Assembly (NCBI RefSeq): GCF_020745735.1
Contig: NC_083413.1
Location: forward strand, 92,739,900-92,803,899
Direction of reading: 5' to 3'
DNA from: Hemiscyllium ocellatum
Taxonomy: Eukaryota
DNA length: 64,000 bases
Shown: in pieces, positions 25,445-39,011 of the stretch
How the letters are laid out: the number at the start of each line of letters is the position of its first letter
Position numbering within the stretch: the stretch's first letter is position 1
Made by a program: the position numbers and the translations under genes
Notes under the pieces: model-generated
Told to the model about the DNA's origin: nothing
Databases searched by the model: none
What the model saw: the letters and a program-made list of their open reading frames with translations, nothing else

Positions 25445-25994
25445 GAAAGTTTTTGTTGCAAACGTTTCGTCCCCTGGCTAGGTGACATCATCAGTGCTTT
25501 GGAGCCTCCTGCGAAGCGCTTCGTTGATGTTTCTTCCTGTATTTATAGTTGTCTGTCCTTGCCGCTTCCGGTTGTCAGTTTCAGCTGTCCGGTCTAGGTC
25601 GATGTGCTTGTTGATGGAGTTTGTGGATGAATGCCATGCCTCTAGGAATTCCCTGGCTGTTCTCTGTCTGGCTTGCCCTATGATAGTGGTGTTGTCCCAG
25701 TCGAATTCATGTTGCTTGTTGTCTGTGTGTGTGGTTACCAGGGATAGCTGGTCGTGTCGTTTCGTGGCTAGTTGATGTTCATGTATGCGGATTGTTAGCT
25801 GTCTTCCTGTTTGTCCTATATAGTGTTTTGTGCAGTCCTTGCATGGTATTTTGTACACTACATTAGTTTTCCTCATGTTGGGTACCGATGATGTCACCTA
25901 GCCAGGGGACGAAACGTTTGCAACAAAATCTTCCATCTGGGCGAACAGAACCACAACAACGAGCACCCGAGCTACAAATCTTCGCACAAACCTT
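25445..25994 (-). mobile_element. Penelope-like element family A, truncated, with inverted terminal repeat and an 8-bp TSD
   Basis: Minus ORF TNVVYKIPCKDCTKHYIGQTGRQL.IRIHEH...REFLEAWH (25478-25897). Inverted repeat copy at 25886-25994. TSD GATTTTGT at 25437-25444 and 25995-26002. Confidence 0.9.
25458..25497 (-). ncRNA. Minimal hammerhead motif (family A)
   Basis: rc GCA-CTGATGA-T-GTCACC(TAGCCA)GGGGAC-GAAAC-GTT-TGC; one mismatch in helix II. The inverted partner at ~25883-25922 has CCGATGA. Confidence 0.65.
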
Positions 25995-28900
25995 GATTTT
26001 GTTAAATTTGAGAGGGTGTAGAAAAGATTTCCAAGAATGATGCTGGAACTGGAGTGTTTAAGGTATAAGGTGAAGCTGAATACAGTGAGAGGAAAGGAGG
26101 CTGAGGTGTAGCCTGAACCAGACCTATAACATCATGCAGGGCATTTCTATGGTGAATAGCCAAGGCCTTTTTCCTCGAGTGGGAGAGTCCAAAACTAGAA
26201 GATAGCAGATTAAGATGAGAGGAGAAATGTTTGAAAAGAACCTGAGGGGTAACCTTTTCACATGAGTGACTGGAAAAAGCTGCCAGTGATAGTGGTGGAA
26301 GTAGGTTCAAATACTGCATTTAAAAGGCACCTGGATGGGTGTATGAACAGGTAACATTTAGAGAAAGATAGGCCAAATGTTTGGCAAATGGTACTCAGTC
26401 AGATTGGGATATCTCGTCCGTGCAGTTGGACCGAAGGGTCTGTTTCTGTGCTGGATATTTGTATGACTATAATGTTTGTTAAAACTGAAGAAAAAACCCT
26501 ATTCTTAGCACAGCCGGAATATTGTGAATTGTTCTTTGGACTCATATCAAATAAAAGGTAAACTGGAATGTGAGACAATCCACATGAGGTTTAGCCGACT
26601 GATCCTGAGGATGGAGAGACTGTCTTGAGAGTAGAGACTGAGTCGTTTGGGCCTATACTCATTAGAACATAGAAGATTCAGTGGTGACATTCTGAAACAT
26701 CTATTATTTTCAGGAAACTTGATGGTGTAAATGCAGCAATGTTGTTTCCCCTTGTGGGAGCGATTCGGACCAGGGAGTAGAACCTCTGAATTAGAGGTCA
26801 CAAATTTCAGGCAGAACAGAATTTTGTCTCCCAGAATGTAGTGAATCTGTGGAATTTGTTTCCACAGGAGACTGTCGAGGTTGGGTCATTCAGTATTTTG
26901 AAGGCTGAAATGGGCAGGTTTTGATTTGGTAATTAAATCAATGCTTACAGTTAAAACGCTGGAAAGTGGAGGTGAGGATTATCAGTTCAGCCATGATGTC
27001 ATTGTTTGGAAGACCAAACTCCATTGGCTGAACAGAATGTTTCTGGTTCCCTATCATTGACCTTTGCTCTAAGTTAGGTTTTTCAGAATTATACAGGCTT
27101 AATTTAAATTAGCCTCCATTTCATGTTTGAAGCCCAGCTACTTCAATCCCTCCTCATCATGAAAAAAGACAGAGGTCATCTTTATTCCCGTTTGATGGCG
27201 TTGCATTCTGCCTCGAATGCAGTGACTGCATTTATAGTCATAGAGTCCTCCAGTTCTGTTGAATATTTGTCAAACACAACCATGACTGTCACAGAAAAGG
27301 TTAAAGACAGATCAAAGCAACATTTGAACTACCATATCAAAATCACTGTCGGCATGTGTTGCATGGAATACACACACATTGCATATTAAAGCTCTCTCAG
27401 CACTCATCCATTAAACACTGCAAGGGTTGTTCAGAGATGATTTGCTAATGTGTGTGTGTGTATGTCTGTGCCTGTAGATGGTAATCTACTTGTATAACAA
27501 AGTTTCGATGCATAGTGTTGTTCCCTTTTTATTCTGGTATCAAGCATTTCAAAATCAGAAAGACAGTGGGTAGGAGTTCAAGCCCGTTTACACGGCTACA
27601 TCAAATGTTTTCTGTGATTGTACGGCTCATGTAATGTGCTGGTAAATCTCCCTCTATATTGTGCTGCCCAATGCAATCATGTCAAATACATTTTGGTATA
27701 GACACAGAGTAGAGCTGCATCCAGGATTCCTGAAAAAAACCCTCCCAGAGTAGGTAAAACACAAAGTTAATACAGAATAAATCACCCTCTACAATATTAA
27801 ATTTTCCATGAGATGTGCAGTAAAAGTTAATTATAGACTAAACAAGCATTACACTGAACCATTAAACATTCCTCAGCCATGAATAATACTGCTGAGATAC
27901 AATGAAAACACTATCACAGTAAAGTCTTGCAGTTTCATTCCGATCAAGCATTTCCAGATCACTCAATGCTCGGACAGATTTTTGAGAAAATCTTGACTCA
28001 AAGCTCTCTAAAGAAATGGATGAAATTGGCTGAGAGGATATGTTAGTGAGGTGTTGGCTTCATGTTATTCAGGATAACATTGTCCAATTGTAGACAGGCA
28101 AAACAAGGCATCGGCTATAAAGAAAAATGGGGAGAAGGCAGGAGGGGAAAAGAGAAAAACAGAGACAGAAATATTAGCTGTGCCAATGTATCTCTGAATT
28201 ATAGATCTTTGACTAAACATGACAACTGATAACTTCGTCATTCAACAATCACAACTTATGTATTAAAAAGTCCTAACATCAAATAGTATTGGAATCCATT
28301 GAGTTATTTGCATTTTTTCCGCAATTCGCGTGCTGTGCTTGTGGGGTAATATAAATTAGGATTTATGGTTTTGTAATCTATTCTGAGAATTCTACTTCTG
28401 TGTTTATTTACATAAATGCTTAATTGGCTTCAAGGGAGTGATGGTGACAGCAAAGCCAGATGAACAAAGTGATTTGTTGGCAAGTTTCAAATAGAAACAA
28501 GTTTATTTTAAGAATGTTAACCATTTGTAGAAGTGAATACAAATTTATGAAGATGAATTGCAACAGATTTTATTTAATTTTGGATGATAAACACAATTTA
28601 AAACTTCTTTTTAGGTTAAAATTCAGTTCTGAAAATTCTGCAATTAAACTTCCTTGTTGAACTGGAACTACTCTGAATGTCCCACTGATTTCTGTTGTAG
28701 CCCATTTAGATAGTGCAACATCACGTAACGTGCATTTTAGAATATTCACTTGAAATACTTAAAATGACATCAGGAACTGCCGCAACAATTACATTTAATT
28801 GATATAGTTGTGAGGATTCGTTATGCTTATTACTTAATGGTAAGGGTCAGCAATGAGTCCCTATCCCCAGTGGCCCATTGCATAGCTTGCTAAAGCCACT

Positions 28901-29512
28901 TCAGAACACAGCCAATTACTTCCCAGTGGATGTGGAATCTCATGTCGGCCAGACCATGTAAAGGTGATAGATGCCTTGTCATTCGTGAACCAGCAGTTTT
29001 TGTATTTTTTCCGTTGACTCGGGCTACATGAACATCATTTGGCTTTCTTTCCGATTCCAGGGCTTCTTTAAATTCAGATTTCATCCTGGGCAAATGGTGG
29101 TATTCCAAACCCCGTCCATTCAGCATCAAACTGGAGATCGGGAATACTGGTCCCGTGATATCACCACTGTGATCCAAAAGTTGGAAATGCGCAGAAAGCG
29201 GTCACAAACAGAATAAATCTGACACTTTACATCATAAACAAAAATTGGAGTGCAATACTGGCAAGAACTCTCTTTCTGTTCACAGCAACATCGCAGGAGA
29301 CTTTGCATCCAGTCATCAATCTTAAATGTGTACCGGACTCTGTCTGAAGAGCCTGACTCACCGTAATTTGCATTTTTTGAATTCTTCATTCAATTATGAA
29401 AATGTATCCCAAGAAGGTGGTCATCAGCTACCTTTTTGAAGGCCTGCCACTTTGCTCAGCTAATTATGGTTGATCTTTCTTAAGAAACTTTATTACAACT
29501 AATTGGCTTCTC

Positions 29513-29730
29513 AGTCGAGACTGTAGTGCTGGAAAAGTACAGCAGTTCAGGCAGCAACCGAGGAGCAGGAGAATTGACGTTTCAGGCATAAGGCCTTCAT
29601 TAAGATACCTGATGAGGGTGTTATGCCTGGAACGTTGATTTTCCTGCTCCTTGGATGCTGCCTAACCTGCTGTGTTTTTCCAGCACTACACTCTCAACTC
29701 TGATCTCCAACACCTCAGTCCTCACTTTCT
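29513..29730. mobile_element. Inverted pair of family-B PLE terminal repeats (decayed hammerheads at the axis)
   Basis: GTAGTGCTGGAAAAGTACAGCAG...GACGTTTCAGGCATAAGGCCTTCAT / CCTGATGAGGGTGTTATGCCTGGAACGTTG...TTTCCAGCACTAC; axis ~29604. Confidence 0.75.
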
Positions 29731-30049
29731 CCTGATGGGTTTCTTAGTCAGGTTCAGCGCAGGAAAGGACCATCACCTTATTGTTGAACGGGTAGGGCAG
29801 GCCAGGTAGGAAGGTCAGACGTCCTCCTCTGAAGGACAATACTAAACCATGTAACATGCTTCAAACCTTTGGTAGGTATGTCATTATCGTTCATTATTCC
29901 AGCATTTTTATTTTATACTCTTTTATTAATTGAAGCTACCATGATAGAGACTGATTCTGAAACTTTACTCCAAACCTTTTGATTGCTTATTACACACTCA
30001 TAATGCCTCCTCAACCACTTTCTCAAACAGTAATGTTAGCTTCAATGAT

Positions 30050-30870
30050 TTGTTACTGACTCATGGAACATGCTTTTAGTTGTCGGTAGATGTCCTTCAG
30101 CAAATGGCAGTAAGCTGCCTTTCTGAAATAACATATTCCAAAATGGTCGGAGGAAGGGAATTCCAGATTTTGACCCAGTTACAGTAAAGAATCGGTGAAT
30201 GTTTCCATGTCAGGATGCCAAAGGTTTCAGAGAGGAGCTGACAGTGGTGCTGTTCCTATGTATCTGCTGCTCCTGTCCTTCGAGATGCAAGTGGTAGTGG
30301 AAAGGTACTGTCTAGGGAAGTGGCTAAGTTACTGCGGTGTAGTATTTTAGATAGTGCATACGGCAGGTATTAAGAATCAGATTTGGAGGCAATGGACGCT
30401 GGTGGATGTGCTACTGATCAAGTGGGATTCTTTGTCCTGGACAATGCCAAACTTCTTGAGTGCAGTCGAAGCTGCTCCAATCCAGTCAAGGGGCGAGCTG
30501 TGCTAGTAGCCTCCTGACCTCTGTCTCTTAGACAGTCAATTGGCTTTGCGAGTCAGGACGGTGAGTTACTCGCTGCAGTATTCCTAGCCTCTGGACTGCT
30601 CGTGCAACCACTGTATTTATGCGGAGTGTCCAGCTCAATTTCTAATGAAGAATAAAACCCAGGGTGTCGTTGATGAGGGATTTAGTGATGGCAATACTAT
30701 TGAATGTCAAGAGGTTTTGGTTAGATTGTCTCTTATTGTCAATGGTCATTGTCTCACAGTTTTGTGGTGTGAATGCTATGTGCCACTTGTCAGGTCAAGG
30801 CTGTATATTGTCCAGATTATGTTGCATTTGAATGTGAACTGAGGAGTGGACTGTGACTTCTTATCTCTCT
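30050..30870 (-). mobile_element. Old non-LTR retrotransposon RT 3' fragment
   Basis: The reverse complement of GGATTCTTTGTCCTGGACAATGCCAAACTTCTTGAGTGCAGTCGAAGCTGC resembles an RT C-terminal LKK..IVQDKE-type motif. A related decayed piece lies at ~44060-44440. Family not determined. Confidence 0.5.
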
Positions 30871-31869
30871 GACAGATAATTTACTCTAGCTGAAATAATC
30901 TTGTGCCCCTTCTGTTTCATTCTGGGAAATTAGAATGGAATTGAATACAATGTTGATACCAACAGCAATCTGTCTGTTTGTTCTCGACACTGTCAGTGTG
31001 TGTTCACCCTCAGAGGTAGGAAGACTGTTTGTGCAGACAATACAGAAAGTAACGCCTGGTGTATCATTCTCAGCTGGCGCGCACCTTCCTTTTTCTATGT
31101 GCCAGCAGCAAGCCACACATCTCAATTCTGATCAGAAAATAAACCCAGGGGACGCAATCTGCCGGAAACATCTGCCAATGTGGACTAGATCAGGACACCG
31201 ACTGTGAAGTGAACACATTGAAGTGACATTTGCAAATTTGCAGATCTCTGTTTCACGGTCTGATTCCAGGACGTCATTGGACGAGTCTCTCGACCATCTA
31301 ACAAACTCATTCGATTCACTAACGTCTGGGGCACATTGACATGCACCTTTTCATGTCTTTGATCTTGTAACTTGTTACTCTTTCTTCAGATTTAATGTTC
31401 CCAGTTTTTGATTCTGTCTTCTGTATCCATCACCTTCCAGCCGAATACATTCTTTTTGATCTGTTTCCTAAATTTGGATCAACTAAACAAATAATACAGT
31501 TTTATACAGACAGGTTTGTTGGTGTGTCCGATTGACAGAATTAATATATGGAGAGATCACCTTGGCTGTATCTACGCTGTATCTAACTCTGAGCGACATT
31601 GAATTCAAATAAATCACAGCACTGTATGGTTTCAAACTTTGCAAATCCTCTCCTTGAAAGAGCTTGTTCTAACGGTTAATTAATTTCTTGAGTATTTCAG
31701 AAACTATGACTACAAATCTCTATTTTTAACAAAGTTTCAAATATTATTAGAAGTTTCAGTAATGGCATTTCCTACAGTAAGCTTTGTGGTGTTTAAATGT
31801 TCTGGGCAAAATTTGCTTAAAGCAGAAGACTGAAACATAGGTTTCTCTGAGTTCCCAGCCATTGCCCTT

Positions 31870-33030
31870 GCAGTTCCATAATAACTGCACGCTATTGATA
31901 AGCCGCAGAATGAACAGAATGTCCAGGCCCTGTCCAAACGCCATAATGTAGGCGACGAAGCCCTCAGTTTCGTCCTGTCACGCCAACCCAAGCAGTACAT
32001 GCTCAACCTCAACTACATTTCCTTGCAATCCTCCCACTTCCTCCAAACCAAAGGGGTAGCCATGGGCACCTGTATGGACCCCAGCAATGCCTGCCTCTTC
32101 GTCAGATATGTGGAACAGTCAATCTTCCACAGCTACACTGGTATCATTGCCCACCTTTACCACCGCTACATTGATGACTGTAGCAATGTCATCTCATGCT
32201 ACCTCTAGGAGGTTGAACAGTACATCAACTTTACTAAAACCTTCCACCCTGACTTAAACTTCACAGGGACCACCTCGGACACCTCCCTCCCTTTCCTAGA
32301 CCTCTCCACCTCTATCTCCAGTGACCGACTAAACATTTACTACAAGCCCACTGACTCCTACAAATACCTGGACTACACTCCTCCCACCCGACCTCCTGTA
32401 AAAATGCCATCCCTTATTGTCAATTCCTCTGCCTTCACGGCACCTGCTCCCAGGAGGACCAGTTCCACCATAAAACATCCCAGATAACCTCCTTTTTCAA
32501 AGACTGCAGTTTCCCCTCCCACGTGGTCTAAGATGCCATTGAACTCCATTCCTCCAATCGCAATAGGGAGCCCTACTGGTTCTCAACTTCCAACGCACCA
32601 ATCTTGCATACATCATATCATCCTCCGCTGCTTCCACCACCTGTAAACAGACCCTATCATTTGGGGTATATTTCCCTCCCTACTCATATCTGCATTCCGG
32701 AGACACCATTCCATCCACGACTCCCTCGTCAGTTCCACGCCCCCACCCCAGCCCACTCCCCACCTCTGTCACCTTCCCTTGCCACCACAGGACGTGCAAA
32801 ACCTGAGCCCACAAATCCCCCCTCACCTCCAACAAGGCCCCAAATGATCCTTCCACAAATGTCATCCACTGTGTCTGTTCCACCTGATGTGTTCTCCTCT
32901 ACATCAGGGAGGCAAGACACTAACTTGCTGATCATTTCACAGTACATCTCTGGGACACCCGTACCAACCAACCCCACGGTCCCGTGACTGAACACTTTAA
33001 CTCCCTCTCCCACTCCACCAAGAAAAGGCC
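31870..33030 (+). mobile_element. Penelope-like element fragment (RT core to GIY-YIG)
   Basis: HFLQTKGVAMGTCMDPSNACLFVRYVEQ...RYIDD (31999-32208) is a PLE RT motif; downstream thumb and GIY-YIG-like sequence resembles 8700-9550. Confidence 0.75.
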
Positions 33031-36000
33031 GGTCATATTTTGTTCATTTCCAATGAATAAATGCAAAATAACAGAGCCTGAATTTGGGATGATGCTAACA
33101 GGATTTATTTTGATCTAAGCATGAACAGATTATTTTGATATAACAGGTGGAGGGATTCACTTCCTGAAAAAGCAGCTCAAGTGATATAAGATGGCACCAA
33201 ACCGAGTTTGCTCAATACTGAGGCAAAGCTACAGCATATAGTCTTGAGTGAAATAAATAAACCACCTTAACGCCGGAACAAGATAGAGTGTATTATATAT
33301 GAACAAAGAAACAAGTATTTTAGGATATAATAGAAAAGTAATTTATAGTATATTGAAATGCAAACACAGATGTGAATTTGTGTCTTTACATTCTTCCTAG
33401 CTAAATTAATCATTTCAGAAATGCCTTTGTTAAATTTCATGAAACATTCGTCGGTCTATTCCACGGACCTTGCTAGGTCCTTGTTAAATTCTGAACCATT
33501 GCCTTCCAGGTTCACAGTGGTTGCGAGTTTCATGTTACAGCAAATTGTGAAGTTGTGCACTGTATGCGAATGTCTTAGTTAAAAATTTAAAGCAATCACA
33601 GCCCGAAACATTTACCAAATATCACTGTGGATCTTCCTTGAATCCAAAAAATATGTCCCTTTGATCAATGATTTCTAAAATTTGCTCCCATATCTGTTGT
33701 GAAGGATGTCTTCAAGTAACTTGAAGTTCAAATGGTTCGCATCAGTTGGAATACTGTAATATTTCATGTGTTACCCCCTACAAAAAGAAATCAAGCAATT
33801 TTGTTGTCATGAGATGCTCTAAGCAAGTCTGTGATGGACTATTTTATCAAACAAAGACATTTCCAATGCTGTGAGGGCTCATCTAACTTCTGTGCAATGG
33901 TCTGAATTTTAAATTGTGTCTGACTGCAGATGTAACTGGCTGCTCTGGGTAAAAGTTCAGTTTGCGCCTTTCACATTGTTAATGTATATTGCTGACCTTT
34001 GTTGAATAAAGGGATGTTGTCTCAGACATCGTCTGGCACCATTAATTAGACCATTAATTCCCACATCACTAGCTAGACTATCAGGTGGACTGTATTGATC
34101 TCATTGAAACGAAAGCTTGGAATATTTCCGGTATGAATCATATGAATTAGAGCATCTGAACTAGACAAAGTAGGAAAATGAATTTCGAGTAGTAGGATGT
34201 TTTCACGACAGAGAGAGATCACATCGCCCATTGCACCTGTATCACGTGAAGACAGAGCCTTCCAGCCAACACCCACTTTATAGCATGTTGTGCATAACCC
34301 TGCAGGTGGTAGCACTGTAAACATTCAGGAACATTGTGATGGGTCTAATCCATTATCAACATTGATATGATCTCCAATGCTGTAAATCCTGGCTTATGGG
34401 GAAAAAGTGGGGGCAGAACTGTATCAATATTCAAGCAGTTGGTACAGCCCTGAGGAGTTAATAGGCCCATTTCTGAACTTTGTTTCTCAGGACATTTTGA
34501 CTATTCTTGAATTAATATCATTGTAAACTGACATGAAAAAAATGCAGAGATATTCCCCAGAAATGCTGACAGCAACATACCTTTACTCAACCAAGATCAG
34601 CAACATGAATTAAGAAAGTTTTAAAAAGAACTTTCTTTTAACTGATTATTGACAATACGGATTTCACAAAGTGGAAAGTACAGAGGGGAAGGGTGGAAGG
34701 GTGGGGGTAGGTGATGTTCACTATTCCCTGATGTCTGGTTGCGTTTGTGAGCAACAGATGAACCTGCGAACCAGATTCAGGGTGGTACTGCATTGATTTC
34801 AGCAGTTACTGTGTACACAGCATTCTCCCATAAATCAGCAATGACATAAACATTTATTTCTTATGGTGTTTGAGGGCAACTAAAATTGAACAATATGGTG
34901 GGACAACTTGCTTTCATTTGTTTGAACTAGTATCAAGGGACACTGTCTGTGGACCTGGGATGGCAGGAGGATCTTATACAACAGACTGTGAGGGAACAGA
35001 ACCACCGTTGGAAATGCAGATAGACTGGAACTGTTTTCACTGGAGGGTTAGACTTCGTTGGGGGGTGACCGCATATAAGTTTTTAAAGCAATGAGTGGAA
35101 AGGTGACTGCCTCTAATTTACATGATTCATACTGGGAATGTACGAAGCTTTCATTCACAAATATCACATATCAATACACTACACCTGATAGTCTGGCTAG
35201 TGATGTGGGATTTAATGGTCTAATTAATGGTGCCAGACGATGCCTGGGACAACATCACTTTATTCAACTAAAGTCAGCAATATACATTAACAATTTGAAA
35301 GGCACAAACTGTACTTTTACCCAGATCAGCCAGTTTCATCTGCAGTCAGACACAACTTAAAATGCAGACCATTGCACAGAAGATAGGCGAGCCCTCGCAA
35401 CACTGGAAATGGTTTTGTTTGATAAAAGAATCCATCATAGACTTCATCAGAGCAATTCGTGTCAACAAACTTGCTTGTTTTTTTTTGTGTGGTGTAACAC
35501 ACGAAATGTAACTTTAATCCGATTGATGATTAATCTTTATAAGTTATTTGAAAACGTCCTTCACAACAGATATGCGAGTAAATTTTAGAAATCATTGATC
35601 AAAGGGGGCAATCTTTTTTGGACTCAAGGAAGATCCACATTTTGTAAATGTTTGGAGCTGGGATTGTTTTCAATTATTGACCCAGACATTGGCAAATTTT
35701 CTAAATGGTGGGGGATTTCAACAATAGGGAACATGTTTTTACATTGAGAGGAGAAAAATTTTAAAAAGATATCAGGGACAACTTTTTACACAGAGAACGG
35801 GTTGTGTGTGCGATGATTTGGTGGTGGATACTTACAGCCTTTAGAAGACATTTGGATAAGTAAATGAATATCAAATATTTGGAAGGATATGGGCCAAGTA
35901 CACACAGGTGGGATTAGTTTAGTTTGGGATTATGACTGGCATGGACTGGTTGGACCGAAGTGTCTGTTTCCATGCTGTATCACTCCATGACTCTGTGTCT

Positions 36001-37749
36001 ACTTATCATTTTTTCTCAATATTAAGCAGTGCTGTAGTGATCCTTGAATGAACTGTTGATGTTTATATTGTGTCCGAGACTCTGCGAATATTTCGTTCAA
36101 TGAAAGGAGGGACTAGTTCTCCAGGTTACACAACTAAAAAATAAACTTTTCTCCAGCATTGTTGCTGAGTAGATTTTTTCTGCGGAGGCATTAGTTATGG
36201 TTTGCAGTTCACTTTCCACCAACGGGTCAACAGTGAGACAAAATATCTTTGATTCACTGCAGAAACACCAGCTGCTTCCAGTAAATGAAACTGGGAACTC
36301 AAGGACCTTTTCTGCAGTCAGCTTAATTGCTGCCAAATATTGTATCTGGCCGATTAAAGACAAAATGAATCAACTAAAGTAAAATCCTACCAAACAAACT
36401 ATATTTTCCCATTTAACCACCATGGATACATTTCACTTGGCATTTCTTCTTTAAAAAGGAAAGTTACTGAATTCACTGTATGACTATCAGAAACAGGACA
36501 TGGAATGCAGTGACATTCTGGTTAGTGCAACCTGTTTATTGAGTATCGTTAAAGCTCCTGAATATGAAGTTAATGGATCCAAAATCCCACAGTGCATTAA
36601 CATTTGTTATCATCTCAAACTAAATGAATAAACTTGAATTGGTTCAAACTCACATCACTTGTTGCACCATTCTCTGATTCATGCATCTCATTAAAACTGA
36701 GTGAGCCCTTTATACATGGTTAATACTGTCGTCATGTAATTTTTGCTGATTTTTCTGAGTTAACCCCATTGTCAGAGCTATCACTGAGCAGAGAAATGTA
36801 CTGTTTATGACCTACATCAGTGGTAATGTTTATTGTAATACTCTCTAATTTAACCAAACACTCCTGGTGTACTCAGACAGTTACCTGCAATGGTTTAGAT
36901 GTTGAGGATTAAAAAAAACTTATGGACTGTCCTGTTCTAGTTCATTAGATGCTCTTTCAAACGTTTACCTAGGTGTTATGTATCACTGCCAACTCACTTT
37001 GTGTTTCTCAGGCACACAGCTTTCCTTTAATTCGCATTTTTGGGTCAGAGCAATTTGAAAAAAAAAGATGCAGGGAGAGACATTCTGCAATGTAAGGAAG
37101 TGCTTCTAATCTTCGGGTCCAAACTGTTTAGTGACACACACTCACATTCTGAACATAATCACTTTAGACATGCTCCATATTAGGTTGGCTAAATTGAATT
37201 TAGAAACGCAGATTAGAAATGGTATGTTATTTTGTAATGTGAGAGAGACTTTGAGTGACAGCAAAAATAAAGTCACTCATTTTGTTGGCTAATAATATTA
37301 TTGAAGTTCTTTTTAGCTTTATCTGCTTGTGGTTGATTGTAGGATTAAAGGGAGTTAACTTCTAATTGAATATACTAAATATAATCACTTTGGACATGCT
37401 CTGTGTTCAGTTGTCTAAATTGAATTTTTAAATGTTTAGTATGAATTATATGGTATTTTGTAGTGGGACAGAGTCTTGCAGTGTCCAGGGGAAAAAAAGC
37501 TGAATTGTTTTACTAGCTGGTAATATGTTTGAACTTTGATGTTAGTTTTATCTGCTTGTAAATGAATGTAGAAATAAAGGGAGCCAACTTCCAAATGAAT
37601 TTGTTATTTTAAACAAAGTACTTGCAACGATCATGTGAAACAGACCTGAAGCTACTCAATTTTACTTCCATTAAATAAAACACTCCCAAAGAAGCTATTC
37701 AGCAAAACAAATATCCCAAGATGTGTATATGTCCATGTTTAAACATAAC

Positions 37750-37875
37750 CTCATGTAAATACATGAGCCCATGTGTTCGGGCTGTGTGAGCTGATACCAG
37801 GATGCAGTCTCAGCTTCCAGCAGGAAACCAACAGGCGGAAGCTGTAAGTCTGTCCCTTCCAATTGCCATATAAAA
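37750..37875 (+). promoter_or_regulatory. VH promoter region: TATA box plus palindrome containing an octamer-like motif
   Basis: TATAAAA at 37869-37875, ~90 bp upstream of the leader. Perfect inverted repeat CTCATGTA-AA-TACATGAG at 37750-37767 contains ATGTAAAT (37753-37760). GGAA/ETS-like cores near 37822 and 37836. Confidence 0.6.
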
Positions 37876-37961
37876 CCTGGGCACTAGACCGTAATTCAAC
37901 ACTCCTGGGTCAGCTTTGTTTAGAAAGATCTTGACAGAACCGTTTCCCACAATTTATCAGA

Positions 37962-38011
37962 ACGATTGTGTCGACAATTTTTTCTCAGTTTGTCACTGAC
38001 TTTCTTATCAT
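37962..38011 (+). pseudogene. IGHV: IgH leader exon (start ACG instead of ATG; +1 T)
   Basis: ACG ATT GTG TCG ACA ATT TTT [T] CTC AGT TTG TCA CTG ACT TTC TTA TCA T|GTGAGT = (T)[15 protein letters not shown], a hydrophobic shark VH leader with a phase-1 donor at 38012. No ATG between the TATA box and the donor. Confidence 0.8.
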
Positions 38012-38141
38012 GTGAGTATTTTTTTTGTTCAAGTCTCTCTTTGTTACTGTCTCAATGTTAGTCTACCGCAGGAATGTAAAAGACTCAGCCATCATTTCAT
38101 CAACATTAATGCTCATGGGTCATTTATTTTCTTTTTTAAAG

Positions 38142-38420
38142 GTGTCCTGTCGGAGATTGTTTTGATTCAACCAGAGGCAGAGACTGGCCATCCCGCAGGC
38201 AGCCTGAAACTGACCTGTAAAACCAGAAGCTTCGACCTGAGCAGCTACAGCATGCACTGGGTCCGCCAGGTTCCCGGACAGGGTCTGGAGTGGCTGCTGT
38301 ACTACTATAATTCAAACAGCAATAACTATGCACCAGCGATTAAGGGTCGATTTACAGCGTCCAAAGACACTTCAAACAACATTTTCGCGTTGGACCGCCA
38401 TCTATTACTGGGCAAGAGAC
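38142..38420 (+). pseudogene. IGHV: IgM VH exon, frameshifted in FR3
   Basis: Acceptor TTTAAAG|GT. Reads (C)[84 protein letters not shown], then in a shifted frame C GCC ATC TAT TAC TGG GCA AGA GAC (AIYYWARD). Confidence 0.95.
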
Positions 38421-38459
38421 CACAGCGAGAGGAACCAGGGCTGGCCTCGTTCAAAAACA
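38421..38459 (+). other. VH 3' recombination signal (23-RSS)
   Basis: Heptamer CACAGCG 38421-38427, 23-nt spacer, nonamer TCAAAAACA 38451-38459. Confidence 0.9.
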
Positions 38460-38818
38460 GATTGAGGGAACATTTTGTCAATTCCATCACAAACTGACGG
38501 TCAGTTTGAGTTTTGAATGCAATTATATCAGCTGCGATCTGAAGCAGACCTCAGGCTGCCTCTTACAAAACTATCAAAGATGAACTGTACCATTGAAACG
38601 AACAAACTGGTGACACAATGGGACAATGTTTTAGGCATGTCGTATGTACTGCTAACACTTCCATCAATTAAATGCTCAGACAAAATTTTAGTTTTAATAT
38701 ATCTGACAGCTCAGGAAATCACTGCTAATTGTTATGTCAACTATGGCATCATTCTAAACATGATCAGTACAAAATGGCTCTTTCAAATGAAAATTGAGAC
38801 CTTGAGTAAAGAACAGAG

Positions 38819-38898
38819 AATGGGCGTACTGGTCTATATCATTGTGATACTACATTGGGTCACAGTGCTGTGCACAGCGACGTCCTCATACAAAAAAA
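38819..38898 (+). other. DH1 segment (ATACTACATTGGGT, 38847-38860) with 5' 12-type and 3' 22-spacer RSS
   Basis: 5' heptamer CATTGTG 38840-38846; the position 12 nt upstream reads AATGGGCGT, not a recognisable nonamer. 3' heptamer CACAGTG 38861-38867, 22-nt spacer, nonamer ACAAAAAAA 38890-38898. Confidence 0.9.
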
Positions 38899-39011
38899 CA
38901 CTGTCAAGTGTTTATCTCAAATTGTGATTTCTACAGTGGCAGGAGCGAGAAATAATGTGAGATGCATTTTAAACGCAATGCAGTCGTGCTAGTTTGTACA
39001 AATGTATAATT

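Larger units (their letters stand above)
25150..26470 (+). mobile_element. CR1-type LINE 3' fragment split by a Penelope insertion
   Basis: CR1 3' sequence (AAATGTGAGGTGTTGCATTTTT ... GGACCGAAGGGTCTGTTTC) continues across the insertion. Confidence 0.75.

Noticed and set aside
13511-28313. Perfect octamers ATTTGCAT at 13511-13518 and 28306-28313
   Set aside because: Isolated, far from any V segment, and expected by chance in AT-rich DNA.
26800-37700. Additional Ig/TCR segments or host exons upstream of VH
   Set aside because: No Ig-domain motifs, RSS pairs or credible spliced exons were found; the short ORFs are low-complexity or TE-derived.
38012-38497. 161-aa ORF as an intact VH gene
   Set aside because: Its GTG start is the leader's splice donor, the N-terminus is intron, and the C-terminus is frameshift read-through across the RSS.
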